64,000 bases of DNA from Candidatus Ancaeobacter aquaticus (lineage in GTDB: Bacteria; Auribacterota; Ancaeobacteria; Ancaeobacterales; Ancaeobacteraceae), in NCBI GenBank assembly GCA_030765405.1, contig JAVCCP010000078.1:1-64000 (forward strand), in the 5' to 3' direction. Below, in pieces: positions 10,139-19,604 of this stretch. Under the pieces are notes generated by a model. The model saw only the letters and a list, made by a program, of their open reading frames with translations, ran no database searches and had not been told where the DNA came from. A program made the translations under genes and the position numbers. Position 1 is the first letter of the stretch. Every line of letters starts with the position of its first letter.

Positions 10139-10987
10139 ATGACTACAGATATCAATACCAAACTACATACATTACAGGAACTGATCAGAGGATATAAAAG
10201 TATTTTGATCGGTTTTTCAGGTGGTGTTGACAGCACCTTCTTAGTAAAAGTCGCCTATGATGTTCTTGGAGATAAAGCGTGTGCGGTAACCGCGTGTTCG
10301 AGTACGTATCCCGAAAGAGAGTTTAAAGAAGCATGTCGGCTTGCAGCCCATATCGGTGTGAAACATGTGGTGATACAGTCGGAAGAACTCGACATACCGG
10401 AATTTAAGGATAATCCTGTAAACAGATGTTATTATTGCAAGAAAGAACTATTTCAAAAGCTCAAACGTATTGCAGATAAAGAACGCGTAGCGTTTATTGC
10501 CGATGGGTCAAACAGTGATGATGTGCATGATTATCGGCCGGGAACACAGGCATTGCAAGAGCTTAATATTGTGAGTCCGCTTAAAGAAGCTCGCCTCACC
10601 AAAAATGATATACGTGAACTTTCGAAGAGCATGGATCTGCCCACCTGGGACAAACCGGCTTACGCGTGCCTTTCATCACGTTTTCCCTATGGACACGAGA
10701 TCACCCGTGAAAAACTTGATAAGGTAAATCGTGCGGAAGATTTTCTTATGACTCTGGGTTTTAGGCAAGTGAGGGTGAGGTACTATGATGATACTGCGCG
10801 AATAGAGGTTGAAAAGAGCAAAATGGATCATATTATGGCTCAGGATATCAGAGAAAAGATCCTATCTCACTTAAAAGATATCGGATTTAGATATATTACA
10901 ATTGATCTTGAAGGATATCGTATGGGAAGTATGAACGTACATGTCAGACCCCAGACCATAGACTCCAGACCAGAGACTACAGACTAA
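10139..10987 (+). CDS. larE: LarE-family ATP-dependent sulfur transferase (PP-loop)
   Basis: SGGVDS PP-loop, NRCYYCKK, DYRPG, ACLSSRFPYG, VRVRY. Confidence 0.85.
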   Translation: MTTDINTKLHTLQELIRGYKSILIGFSGGVDSTFLVKVAYDVLGDKACAVTACSSTYPEREFKEACRLAAHIGVKHVVIQSEELDIPEFKDNPVNRCYYCKKELFQKLKRIADKERVAFIADGSNSDDVHDYRPGTQALQELNIVSPLKEARLTKNDIRELSKSMDLPTWDKPAYACLSSRFPYGHEITREKLDKVNRAEDFLMTLGFRQVRVRYYDDTARIEVEKSKMDHIMAQDIREKILSHLKDIGFRYITIDLEGYRMGSMNVHVRPQTIDSRPETTD

Positions 10988-10993
10988 AAACTA
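10945..10993. repeat. Heptamer tract (CAGACCA-type) forming the 3' end of larE
   Basis: cagaccc cagacca tagactc cagacca gagacta cagacta aaaacta; same unit type at 49791-49953. Confidence 0.8.
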
Positions 10994-11057
10994 GATGCTT
11001 TATATTATTCAGCTGTAATCTATATGCTATAAGAAAGTATATGAAAAAAATATAAAT

Positions 11058-11092
11058 ACGATTCACGAGACACTAATCACGAAAAACGAGTT
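11058..11092. repeat. Heptamer tract (ACGAATC-type) directly before an ATG
   Basis: acgattc acgagac actaatc acgaaaa acgagtt; same type at 17669-17703. Confidence 0.7.
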
Positions 11093-11095
11093 ATC

Positions 11096-12109
11096 ATGAA
11101 AGCAGTAACATTACTATCCGGTGGGCTGGACAGCATTCTTGCAGCAAAATTGATCATTGAACAGGGTATAGATGTCTATGCTGTTACTTATGTAAGCACG
11201 TTCAGTTCAGGCTACTCTAAAAAGACCGGTGTCTTTGTTCCTCAGCGGTGTGCTGATATGTTAGGGATACCGCTACTTGTACGTGAAATTACCCCTGAAA
11301 TGACTGCTCTCGTAAAAGATCCTCCTCACGGTCACGGAAAAAATCTTAATCCCTGTATTGATTGCAAAATAATAATGATCCGAGACGCAAAAAAATATAT
11401 GCATGATATTGACGCGCAGTTTCTGATTACCGGTGAAGTGCTCGGGGAACGGCCAATGTCACAGATGCGTCACGCCCTCGAAGAGATTGAAAAAGAAGGT
11501 GGGGTGGAAGGTATTTTGCTTCGGCCTCTTACAGCTCATTCATTACCTGAAACTATACCTGAAAAAGAGGGGTGGGTAGACAGGAGTAAATTATGCGGGA
11601 TAACAGGAAGAAGCAGAAAACCCCAATTCGAATTATGTGAACGGTTTGGAATTACGGAGTATGCAACACCTGCAGGCGGATGTCTGTTGACTGATCGAGG
11701 GTACAGCAGAAAGTTGCAGGACGCGTTCGATAATAATGATGACAGTAGATCTTCTATAGACCTTCTTAAAACTGGCCGGCATTTTCGTTTGTTAAGTGGT
11801 GCAAAGATCATTGTTGGACGAGACGAAAAAGAGAATGAAAAATTAACTGCACAGGCACGTTCTGGTGACATGATCGTTTATATTGAGGAGCTACCCGGTC
11901 CGGTTGTACTTGTCTGTCACAGAAAAGATCATGCTGTAACTGAAGAAGATATTGATTGGGGTTGCCGGTTTTGTGCCTATTACAGTGACTCTGATAATGA
12001 AAATAATGTAACGGTTATTTGTCAGTGTGCTGGGAAAGAAGATTTAATTGAGAAGAAGACAAGTTCTATTGATAAGGAGACAGTTGACTCATTGCGGGTT
12101 GGTCAATAA
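11096..12109 (+). CDS. ThiI/MnmA-like PP-loop tRNA thiolase with C-terminal DUF814/NFACT-R-like domain
   Basis: SGGLDS, NPCIDCK, TGEVLGERPMSQ, PAGGCLLT, GRHFRL..GAKIIVGRD. Confidence 0.8.
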   Translation: MKAVTLLSGGLDSILAAKLIIEQGIDVYAVTYVSTFSSGYSKKTGVFVPQRCADMLGIPLLVREITPEMTALVKDPPHGHGKNLNPCIDCKIIMIRDAKKYMHDIDAQFLITGEVLGERPMSQMRHALEEIEKEGGVEGILLRPLTAHSLPETIPEKEGWVDRSKLCGITGRSRKPQFELCERFGITEYATPAGGCLLTDRGYSRKLQDAFDNNDDSRSSIDLLKTGRHFRLLSGAKIIVGRDEKENEKLTAQARSGDMIVYIEELPGPVVLVCHRKDHAVTEEDIDWGCRFCAYYSDSDNENNVTVICQCAGKEDLIEKKTSSIDKETVDSLRVGQ

Positions 12110-12181
12110 TTTGTGTTTTAATATATAGTATGATTTGATATTATACACTCCATTTTTGCAATAAGTGTCAGGGATGCTATT

Positions 12182-12682
12182 ATGCTAAGTAGTAAACTAT
12201 ATAAAAATATATGTTTTTTAAGCGCAATAATCATTGTATGCGTTACCGTAAGCGGATGCAGTCCTTTTAGGGGAAGACATCCATCGGTAACACCGGACAT
12301 TTGGCCGTTAAAGGTTAAAAATCCTACGGTGACATCAAAGTATGGTATGCGGCACCATCCGGTATTGAAAAGACGTATAAAGCATACCGGTATTGATATT
12401 CGTGCACGTGACGGTACAAAGGTGTATGCCACTGCACCGGGGAGAGTTATTTTTGCCGGTTGGAATGGCGGTTATGGCAATATGGTTAAGATCGATCACG
12501 GTGATACGCTTTTAACCTATTACGCTCATCTTTCAAAGATTGTTGTTCGCAAGGGCGATCACGTTATGAAAGGGAGTTATATAGGGTTATCAGGTCACAG
12601 CGGAAGAGTGACCGGTCCGCATCTGCATTATGAATTGCGCTATAAAGGTAAATCGGTAAATCCAAAATGGGGACTACCTTAA
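12182..12682 (+). CDS. M23 family metallopeptidase, probable lipoprotein
   Basis: HTGID, YAHL, HLHYE motifs; lipobox-like VSGC after a hydrophobic stretch. Confidence 0.9.
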   Translation: MLSSKLYKNICFLSAIIIVCVTVSGCSPFRGRHPSVTPDIWPLKVKNPTVTSKYGMRHHPVLKRRIKHTGIDIRARDGTKVYATAPGRVIFAGWNGGYGNMVKIDHGDTLLTYYAHLSKIVVRKGDHVMKGSYIGLSGHSGRVTGPHLHYELRYKGKSVNPKWGLP

Positions 12683-12683
12683 C

Positions 12684-12900
12684 AGCTATAAGCTATAAGC
12701 TGTAAGAAAATACTAAAATAAAAACTAATAAAGTTTTAACTTAAAGCTTACAGCTTATAGCTTAGCTCAGTGGTGGCGCAAAGCTTTAGCCTTGCATGTT
12801 CGCAGGACTAACTTTAGCAGCTCTAAGTTATAAGAGAAAACAACGATATAATGTATAATAAAGTTTTAAACTTAAAGCTTACAGCTTACAGCTTATAGCT
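12684..12900. repeat. Two tandem inverted-heptamer elements (AGCTATA / AGCTTAT arms) separated by a REP variant
   Basis: Arms 12684-12706 and 12745-12767; REP GTGG-CGCAAAGC-TTTA-GCCTTGC 12773-12795; arms 12819-12839 and 12876-12900; shared spacer ATAAAGTTTTAA(A)CTTAA. Confidence 0.8.
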
Positions 12901-12915
12901 TTATAGGGGGGTTCC

Positions 12916-13893
12916 ATGAAAAAGGCATTAATTACAGGGATTACAGGGCAGGACGGCTCATATTTAGCGGACTTCCTTCTTGAAAAGGGATACAAAGTGA
13001 GCGGCATGGTACGTCGATCGAGCACTGAAACGTTTGAGCGCATAGAACATATACGTGAGAAGATTGATTTAAAGCAGGCGGATCTTTTAGATCAGCTTTC
13101 AATAATAAAGATAATTGAAGAGACAGAACCTGATGAAGTCTATAATTTAGCGGCACAATCATTTGTGCCGACTTCATGGACACAGCCGGTACTTACCGCA
13201 GAATTTACTGCAGTCGGTGTAACACGCGTACTTGACGCGATACGCCTTGTAAATAAAGATATACGGTTTTATCAGGCATCATCAAGCGAGATGTTCGGCA
13301 AAGTACATGAAGTACCGCAAACAGAGACCACCCCGTTTCATCCGCGCAGTCCATACGGTGTCGCAAAAGTATACGGCCATTACATAACTCAGAATTATCG
13401 TGAAAGTTATGATATCTTTGCAAGTTCAGGAATACTTTTTAATCATGAGTCTCCGCGCCGCGGTTTGGAATTTGTTACAAAGAAAATTACTGATGCTGTT
13501 GCACGAATAAAGCTTGGACTTTCAGATGCGCTTAAGTTAGGGAACATGGACGCAAAACGTGACTGGGGGTTTGCCGGTGATTATGTAAAAGCGATGTGGC
13601 TGATGTTACAGCAAGACGCACCTGATGATTATGTCGTTGCAACCGGCCAGACACACTCAGTTCAGGAATTCGTTGAAGAGGCTTTTTCTTACGTTGATTT
13701 AGACTGGAAAGAATATGTTAAAACAGATCCACGTTTTGTAAGACCTGCGGAAGTTGATCTCTTAATTGGAGATCCAGCTAAAGCAAAAGAAAAGCTTGGA
13801 TGGACGCCAGATATAACCTTTAAAGGTCTTATCGATATGATGGTTGATTACGATATTGAAAAACACAAGAAACTAATGGCAAATAGTAAGTAA
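12916..13893 (+). CDS. gmd: GDP-mannose 4,6-dehydratase
   Basis: [45 protein letters not shown]. Confidence 0.97.
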   Translation: MKKALITGITGQDGSYLADFLLEKGYKVSGMVRRSSTETFERIEHIREKIDLKQADLLDQLSIIKIIEETEPDEVYNLAAQSFVPTSWTQPVLTAEFTAVGVTRVLDAIRLVNKDIRFYQASSSEMFGKVHEVPQTETTPFHPRSPYGVAKVYGHYITQNYRESYDIFASSGILFNHESPRRGLEFVTKKITDAVARIKLGLSDALKLGNMDAKRDWGFAGDYVKAMWLMLQQDAPDDYVVATGQTHSVQEFVEEAFSYVDLDWKEYVKTDPRFVRPAEVDLLIGDPAKAKEKLGWTPDITFKGLIDMMVDYDIEKHKKLMANSK

Positions 13894-13989
13894 GTTATTG
13901 TTATAGTGATAGAGCTGGATTTGTTTTATACGGCGAATAACGTTGAATTATTAGAGACATTTCCTCTCCATTGAGGTGGAGATTTATTA

Positions 13990-14112
13990 AAAATGGCGAA
14001 GAAGTGGCTATGTGCAAGGCGCGTGCAAGCGAACGCGGAGGTGTATTTACTGTACACCGCACAAGGGAGCGCAAGTACGCAACGCAGCAGATGGCTGCTT
14101 ATCCGCAATTTT
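13990..14112 (+). mobile_element. Structured MITE-like element, core copy 1
   Basis: Imperfect terminal pairing AAAATGGCGAAGAAGTGGC / GCTGCTTATCCGCAATTTT; core CAAGGCG..GGTGTA-tttactg-TACACC..AACGCAGCAGATGG. Confidence 0.5.
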
Positions 14113-14120
14113 GGGGTTTT

Positions 14121-15065
14121 ATGAGTATTTTGATTACTGGTGTAACAGGTTTTGTTGGGGATCATCTTCTTGAATACACAGCCGGGCAGACCGAACGTAT
14201 TTATGGGATTGGCCATATTGCCGTTGATACCTCGTATGCCCACTACAAACATTTTCAATTGTTTACTACTGACTTAAGGGATGATCTTGGTATAAATTCT
14301 GTTGTACGAAAAGCCCAGCCGGATATTGTCTATCATTTGGCAGGTGTTGCATCAGTTAAAAAGTTTGATGCGGACATTACGGCATCATTTGAAATAAATA
14401 CTAATGGATCGCTGCATCTTTTTGAGGCTGTCAGGCAGCACTCACCGAAAAGTAAGATTGTTTTTATCAGTTCGGGAGAAGTGTATGGCGAAGTAGATAA
14501 AAAAAATCTACCGGTAACAGAAGAAACATCCATAGCCCCCACGAATTTGTATGGAGTATCAAAAGCGTCCGCAGAATTACTTGCATTAAATTACTGGAAA
14601 AATTATGGAGTAGATATTACTATCTTGAGGCCTTTTAATCATATTGGCCCGGGACAATCAACCGATTTTGTTACCGCGAGCTTTGCAAAGCAAATTGCAC
14701 AGATCAAGAAAAACAAGAAAGAACCAGTCTTAGAAGTTGGTAACGTTGAAGTAAAACGGGATTTTACCGATGTGAGAGATATTGTGCGCGCATATGATCT
14801 TGCGGCAAAAAAATGCGGTGGTGGAGAAGTGTACAATGTTTCTTCCGGGACACTGTATACGATTAGTGAAATTCTCGATAAGATGATCGCTTTAGCCCAA
14901 ATAAAGGTGGAGATAAAGGAATCAGCGGATAGAGTTAGAAAGCACGATATAGATTATGTGTGGGGAAGTCCTAAAAAGTTTATGAGTAAAACCGGATGGA
15001 AACCACGGTATAAAATTGAAGATACATTACGCGATTTACTAGCGTATTGGATGGAAAGAACGTAA
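14121..15065 (+). CDS. rmd: GDP-4-keto-6-deoxy-D-mannose reductase-like extended SDR
   Basis: ILITGVTGFVG, YHLAG, SSGEVYG, YGVSK, RPFNHIGPGQ, RDFTDVRD; adjacent to gmd; the ORF-track 5' extension to 13971 runs through the repeat. Confidence 0.8.
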   Translation: MSILITGVTGFVGDHLLEYTAGQTERIYGIGHIAVDTSYAHYKHFQLFTTDLRDDLGINSVVRKAQPDIVYHLAGVASVKKFDADITASFEINTNGSLHLFEAVRQHSPKSKIVFISSGEVYGEVDKKNLPVTEETSIAPTNLYGVSKASAELLALNYWKNYGVDITILRPFNHIGPGQSTDFVTASFAKQIAQIKKNKKEPVLEVGNVEVKRDFTDVRDIVRAYDLAAKKCGGGEVYNVSSGTLYTISEILDKMIALAQIKVEIKESADRVRKHDIDYVWGSPKKFMSKTGWKPRYKIEDTLRDLLAYWMERT

Positions 15066-15098
15066 TTTGCAGTTAGCGTATAGCGCATGGCGGATAGT

Positions 15099-15150
15099 GT
15101 AGTGCAGGGCTTTAGCCCTGCGTTAAGGCAAGGCTAAAGCCTTGCGCTAC
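15099..15150 (+). repeat. REPIN (inverted REP doublet, family A)
   Basis: GTAG-TGCAGGGCTTTAGCCCTGCG-TTAAGG-CAAGGCTAAAGCCTTGCG-CTAC, preceded by TAGCGTA-type heptamers 15074-15101. Confidence 0.85.
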
Positions 15151-15210
15151 AGTATTGTTTGATTCTTTGTATTTGGTAATTGTAACTTAAAAAGTATGGG
15201 GGGTTTTTGA

Positions 15211-16536
15211 GTGGGTATTTTTAAGGCGTACGATATTAGAGGTGTATATCCAACTGAACTGGATGAGAATATGGCTTATGATATTGGCAGAGCCGCTGCA
15301 ACGTTTCTTAAGGTAAAAGAAATTGTTGTTGGGTATGATATGCGTACAAGTACACCGATAATGTCTCAAAAGTTCATGGAAGGTCTCACGGATTGCGGCG
15401 TTGATGTTATTGATATTGGCATGTGTTCAAGTCCTGCTGTTTATTTTACTGTAGGACATTACGGATATCCGGCAGGTGCCATGGTTACCGCATCGCATAA
15501 TCCGGCTAAATATAATGGTTTCAAATTCTGCCGGGAAAACGTAATTCCCATTAGCGGCGAAACTGGTATTAAGGATATGCAGAAGATGGTCGAAACACAA
15601 GAATTTGCCCATTCAGATACTAAAGGCACAGTAACCCAAAAAGATATTTTAAGCGATTATGTAAACCACATATTAAGCTTTGCTAAGGATATTAAACCAT
15701 TAAAGATTATTGTTGATGCCGGTAACGGTGTTGCCGGAAAATTTGTCGAAGAGGTATATAAACATCTTCCCTGTGAGTTAACACCACTGTATTTCGAGCC
15801 GGATGGCACGTTTCCGCACCATGAAGCGAATCCGCTTAAAGAAGAGAACCTTAAAGATCTTAAAGAACATATGAAAACCGGTACGTATGATATTGGTATC
15901 GCGTTTGATGGTGATGCAGACAGAATAGCGTTTGTTGATGAAAAAGGGCAAACGATAACAAATGACCTTATATCAGCTTTGATTGCTCAGGAGATCCTTT
16001 CCCAGAAGAGTCCGCAAACGATTGTGTATGATCTTCGTTCAAGCTGGGTTGTTCCTGAAGAAGTAGAAAAACATGGCGGTATTGCTATTGAGTCACGTGT
16101 CGGCCATTCGTTCATAAAGGGTATTATGAGAGAAAACGATGCTGCACTTGGTGGTGAACTTTCTGGACATTATTATTTCAGAGATAATTTCTATGCTGAT
16201 AATGCGCAGATTGCGATGATAAAGATACTAAATCTGGTAAGTAGAGATGGTCGACCGATATCTGAGATTGTTCAGCCGCTTAGAAGATATTTTGCAACAG
16301 GTGAAATAAATTTTAAGGTAGCTGATAAAGACAAAAAGATAAAAGAATTGGCTGAAACATTTAAAGACGGCAAGGTATATTATCTTGACGGTATATCAGT
16401 AGAATATAGTGACTGGTGGTTTAATGTACGGCCGTCAAACACTGAACCGGCCCTGCGACTCAACTTAGAGGCCAAATCAAAAGAATTAATGGAACAGAAA
16501 AAGAGCGAACTTGTTGCGATTTTAGAACAAGGCTAA
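15211..16536 (+). CDS. manB: Phosphomannomutase/phosphoglucomutase
   Basis: FKAYDIRG, TASHNP, FDGDADR, GELSGH, RPSNTEP. Confidence 0.93.
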   Translation: MGIFKAYDIRGVYPTELDENMAYDIGRAAATFLKVKEIVVGYDMRTSTPIMSQKFMEGLTDCGVDVIDIGMCSSPAVYFTVGHYGYPAGAMVTASHNPAKYNGFKFCRENVIPISGETGIKDMQKMVETQEFAHSDTKGTVTQKDILSDYVNHILSFAKDIKPLKIIVDAGNGVAGKFVEEVYKHLPCELTPLYFEPDGTFPHHEANPLKEENLKDLKEHMKTGTYDIGIAFDGDADRIAFVDEKGQTITNDLISALIAQEILSQKSPQTIVYDLRSSWVVPEEVEKHGGIAIESRVGHSFIKGIMRENDAALGGELSGHYYFRDNFYADNAQIAMIKILNLVSRDGRPISEIVQPLRRYFATGEINFKVADKDKKIKELAETFKDGKVYYLDGISVEYSDWWFNVRPSNTEPALRLNLEAKSKELMEQKKSELVAILEQG

Positions 16537-16558
16537 TATATAGAATGGTTCTTTTTAT

Positions 16559-16957
16559 ATGAAAAAGTACACTTTTGGCTTGAGAGTACGTTACGAAGAA
16601 ACCGATCAAATGGGTTATGCCTATTATGGTAATTATTTTACCTGGTTTGAAGTTGCCCGTTCAGAATATTTCCGTGACAATAATATTCCTTATACAGGAT
16701 TTGAAAAAAAGGGTCTGTATTTACCTGCTGTTGAGGCCACGTGCAAATATGAAGTTCCGCTTGCCTACGATGATTTGATCGATATTACTGTGTGGATCAG
16801 TGAAATTAAGAATGCGAGCATGGTGTTTCAGTATGAAATACGTAAAGATGCCTCATTGATCGCTAAAGGTAAAACAATACATGCCTTTATCAATGAAAAA
16901 AGCAAACCTGTGCGGGTACCTGATGAAGTGCGTGCTATATATGGTGGAAGCGAGTAG
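16559..16957 (+). CDS. Acyl-CoA thioesterase, YbgC/FadM (4HBT) family
   Basis: VRYEETDQMG..YYGNYFTWFEVAR hotdog-fold motif. Confidence 0.9.
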   Translation: MKKYTFGLRVRYEETDQMGYAYYGNYFTWFEVARSEYFRDNNIPYTGFEKKGLYLPAVEATCKYEVPLAYDDLIDITVWISEIKNASMVFQYEIRKDASLIAKGKTIHAFINEKSKPVRVPDEVRAIYGGSE

Positions 16958-16979
16958 GTTTGATGGTTTGTGTTTTTTT

Positions 16980-17007
16980 ATGAACTATGAACGATGAACT
17001 ATAAACT
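16980..17007. repeat. Heptamer tract (ATGAACT-type)
   Basis: atgaact atgaacg atgaact ataaact. Confidence 0.75.
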
Positions 17008-17033
17008 AATTTTTGTTTTCAGAGAAAAATTTT

Positions 17034-17348
17034 ATGGATTATGTAGTCGTATATGTAACAGTTTCATCGAAAAAAGAGGGTAAAATAATAGCTAAAGCAT
17101 TGTTGGAAGCGAAACTAGCAGCATGTGTCAATATTATTGATGGTGTGGAGTCATTTTTCTGGTGGGAGAAAAAAATTGATACTGCGAAAGAATCTCTCTT
17201 GATTATTAAAACAAAAAAGAGTATAGTGCCCCAGCTTGAGAAAATGGTAAAAAAGTATCATTCGTACGATGTGCCGGAGATAATTGCCTTACCGATAGTT
17301 AGTGGTGAACGTAAATATCTCGATTGGCTTGAAGGATCATTGAAGTAA
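17034..17348 (+). CDS. cutA: Divalent-cation tolerance protein CutA
   Basis: LAACVNI, SFFWWEKKI, HSYDVPEII. Confidence 0.93.
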   Translation: MDYVVVYVTVSSKKEGKIIAKALLEAKLAACVNIIDGVESFFWWEKKIDTAKESLLIIKTKKSIVPQLEKMVKKYHSYDVPEIIALPIVSGERKYLDWLEGSLK

Positions 17349-17361
17349 AGGAGGAATAATT

Positions 17362-17520
17362 ATGTCTATGCATCCAAGTCTGAGAAAAGTTGGTGGAACA
17401 TTTAAAGTGAAACGTTCTGTCATGAAAAGATTTGAACGCGTTGAAGAACTACGAAAACGCGGCAAATTTAAAGAAGGACAAAGTGTGTACGGCCTGCCAA
17501 AGACCTTACCACCAGTTTGA
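17362..17520 (+). CDS. PVC-superphylum signature small basic protein (52 aa; not in ORF track)
   Basis: AAGGAGGA RBS; translation MSMHPSLRKVGGTFKVKRSVMKRFERVEELRKRGKFKEGQSVYGLPKTLPPV matches the recalled MSxHxSL..R.V.KR.ER......G....G.S..GLPK pattern (TIGR04137-like). Confidence 0.85.
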   Translation: MSMHPSLRKVGGTFKVKRSVMKRFERVEELRKRGKFKEGQSVYGLPKTLPPV

Positions 17521-17526
17521 TTTGAC

Positions 17527-17544
17527 AAAGTGCTTGCGCACTTT
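17527..17544 (+). terminator. Hairpin downstream of the small basic protein gene
   Basis: AAAGTGC-TTGC-GCACTTT perfect 7-bp stem; weak U-tract. Confidence 0.35.
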
Positions 17545-17591
17545 GCATTTAGCGTTTATCTAACAGCGATTATTTTTTCGAATTTCCAGAT

Positions 17592-17621
17592 TTCACCGCC
17601 ACGATTTATCGGGGCGGTGAA
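17592..17621. repeat. GC-rich palindrome related to family B ends
   Basis: TTCACCGCC-acgatttatcgg-GGCGGTGAA, 9-bp stem with inner CGAT/ATCG pairing. Confidence 0.6.
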
Positions 17622-17705
17622 TGTCACGGGTAGCAAATATGAACGTTCATTTAAGCGCTTAACAAAAACCGATTCACTAATCACGAACCACGAGGCACGA
17701 ATTAT

Positions 17706-18473
17706 ATGCCTGAACGTCTACAAAAAGTAATGGCGCAAGCCGGTATTGCCTCACGCAGAAAGTCTGAAGAGATCATCACACATGGCCGTGTTACGGTAAA
17801 TGGTGAGGTGGTAACTCAGATGGGGAAACTTGTCTCATCGAAAGACAAGATCTGTGTTGACGGGAAATCTCTGTCTGTACAGAAAAAAACCTATATACTG
17901 CTCAATAAACCTGCCGGATATGTTTGTTCTGCGGTACAGAAAAAAGATAAGAGACCGATTGTGTTGCAGCTGGTCCATGAAAAAGGATTAAGATTATTTA
18001 CTGTTGGGCGACTCGATTATGATACTAATGGCGCTTTGCTTCTCACTAATGACGGTGATTTTTCACTTAAAGTCTCTCATCCGCGCTATGAAGTACAAAA
18101 AGTATATGATGTTGTTGCAAAAGGCGTTATTACACAAAATAATCTGAAGCGTCTGGAAAAGGGTATTGTCTTAGACGGTAAAAAAGTATACGGTACAAAG
18201 ATCAACAAGTCCCGTCCTCATGGTGATAAGACCTTTGTAACGCTCGCTATTAACGAGGGTCGTAATCGCCAGGTAAAACGGATGTTTAATGAGATCGGAC
18301 ACAGAGTTGTTAACCTCAAACGTGTTAAGATCGGCTTTCTGTCTCTCGGCACATTAAAGTCAGGCCAGTATAGATATCTTACGGATACAGAAGTAAAAAA
18401 AATCCTTGCGCAGGAACCTAAAATTCAGAAACGCCGCCCTGTAGATAACAACAAATTCACAAAATCTAAGTAA
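17706..18473 (+). CDS. rRNA pseudouridine synthase, RsuA/RluB family
   Basis: ERLQKVMAQAGIASRR S4 domain, NKPAG, VGRLDYDT, EGRNRQVKRM. Confidence 0.95.
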   Translation: MPERLQKVMAQAGIASRRKSEEIITHGRVTVNGEVVTQMGKLVSSKDKICVDGKSLSVQKKTYILLNKPAGYVCSAVQKKDKRPIVLQLVHEKGLRLFTVGRLDYDTNGALLLTNDGDFSLKVSHPRYEVQKVYDVVAKGVITQNNLKRLEKGIVLDGKKVYGTKINKSRPHGDKTFVTLAINEGRNRQVKRMFNEIGHRVVNLKRVKIGFLSLGTLKSGQYRYLTDTEVKKILAQEPKIQKRRPVDNNKFTKSK

Positions 18474-18517
18474 CAAATAATAACCAATCATCAAATACCA
18501 AGTTCTAAAACCAAACC

Positions 18518-18595
18518 CCTTGCTTTAACGCAGGGCTAAAGCCCTGCACTTTCAAAATCACCGCGTAGGTGGCACAGGGTGATTCCTACGCGGTG
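18518..18595. repeat. Partial REPIN (18518-18550) plus family B palindrome (18559-18595), after a heptamer tract (18474-18515)
   Basis: CCTTGCTTTAACGCAGGGCTAAAGCCCTGCACT; CACCGCGTAGG..CCTACGCGGTG. Confidence 0.8.
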
Positions 18596-18663
18596 AAAAA
18601 AAGGTAGCATTTTCCTAAAAACGTTATCTTCCACCTAATTTTTAGCTCCACACTTCAGTATCC

Positions 18664-18693
18664 TTGACAATTGGTTCTAAAATAATGTAATAT
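18664..18693 (+). promoter_or_regulatory. Candidate sigma70 promoter for the pilin-like genes
   Basis: TTGACA 18664-18669, 18-bp spacer, TAATAT 18688-18693. Confidence 0.5.
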
Positions 18694-18765
18694 ACTATAA
18701 TGAAAAGGCTTAGGCACTTTCAGTGCTTACTCTAATACATTAATGTAATGTATGGAAGAGGGTTT

Positions 18766-19413
18766 ATGCGTGTGAAAAAACAAAATGGTTTTACACTTTT
18801 AGAGACAGTGGTTGCATTTGGGTTACTCACGGTTCTTGTCGTTGCCTTGACCATGATCTTCTCTCAAGGGATAAAAGCGTTTAAGCATGGGTTCAAAACC
18901 GCACAAATATCTCAGAGTGCACGTACCGCAATGGATTGTATGATACGCGAGCTTGCAAGCGCGTACGCCGGGCATGGGTATAAGTTTAAAGGTCAATCAA
19001 ATCTTCCGTATAGAAGAGTTGATTTTATGGTGCCTTTAAAAAATTCCGGTGATTGCGATCTTGTGGAAGTAAGTTATTGGTTTGCGTATTCTGATCCTGA
19101 TGAAAATAAAATATTCAAGATATGGAGATATTATCATGTAAGTGACAAATCAGACACTTCTAATTTTGGAAATTTCCAAGATGGTTCAAGCGAAGTTTTA
19201 GCAGAAAATGTAGTCAAGTGTTCTATAAATTATTTGTATGCCGGGTGGTGGAGTGATTCGTGGATTTCATCTAATATACTTCCTAAAGCTGTAAGGATAG
19301 AAATTAAAATTGTTGATGATGAAACAATGAAAAAATATTCTGGATCTTATTCTGAACTTGAAAAAAGGGCGAAAAAGTTTGTAGGTGTGGTGAAATTGAG
19401 AAATGCGAATTAA
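18766..19413 (+). CDS. Prepilin-type N-terminal cleavage/methylation protein (PilW/PulJ-like)
   Basis: KKQNG|FTLLETVVAFG with E5 and hydrophobic helix; RBS before ATG 18766. Confidence 0.9.
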   Translation: MRVKKQNGFTLLETVVAFGLLTVLVVALTMIFSQGIKAFKHGFKTAQISQSARTAMDCMIRELASAYAGHGYKFKGQSNLPYRRVDFMVPLKNSGDCDLVEVSYWFAYSDPDENKIFKIWRYYHVSDKSDTSNFGNFQDGSSEVLAENVVKCSINYLYAGWWSDSWISSNILPKAVRIEIKIVDDETMKKYSGSYSELEKRAKKFVGVVKLRNAN

Positions 19414-19562
19414 TAGGGTATAGCGAGTAGCGTAAGCGTATAGTAGTAGTGCAGGGCTTTAGCCCTGCGTTAAGCAAGGCTAAAGCCTTGCGCTACAGTA
19501 TTATTAGAATTTTAGATTTGGTTTTTCTTAACTATGCGCTATATGCCATACGCTAAGCGCTA
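19414..19562 (+). repeat. Composite element: TAGCGTA arm, REPIN (19446-19496), conserved spacer, inverted TACGCTA arm
   Basis: Near reverse complement of 26295-26445. Confidence 0.85.
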
Positions 19563-19604
19563 TTTGAGTAGGAAAGATTTCAACTATTACGTAGATGGTG
19601 TTAT

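Noticed and set aside
12773..12830. c-di-GMP riboswitch suggested by GGCGCAAAGC
   Set aside because: No upstream GGCAAA/P2; the sequence is a REP family A variant
13971..14120. N-terminal extension of the rmd-like ORF
   Set aside because: It translates the structured repeat; the SDR Rossmann motif begins right after ATG 14121
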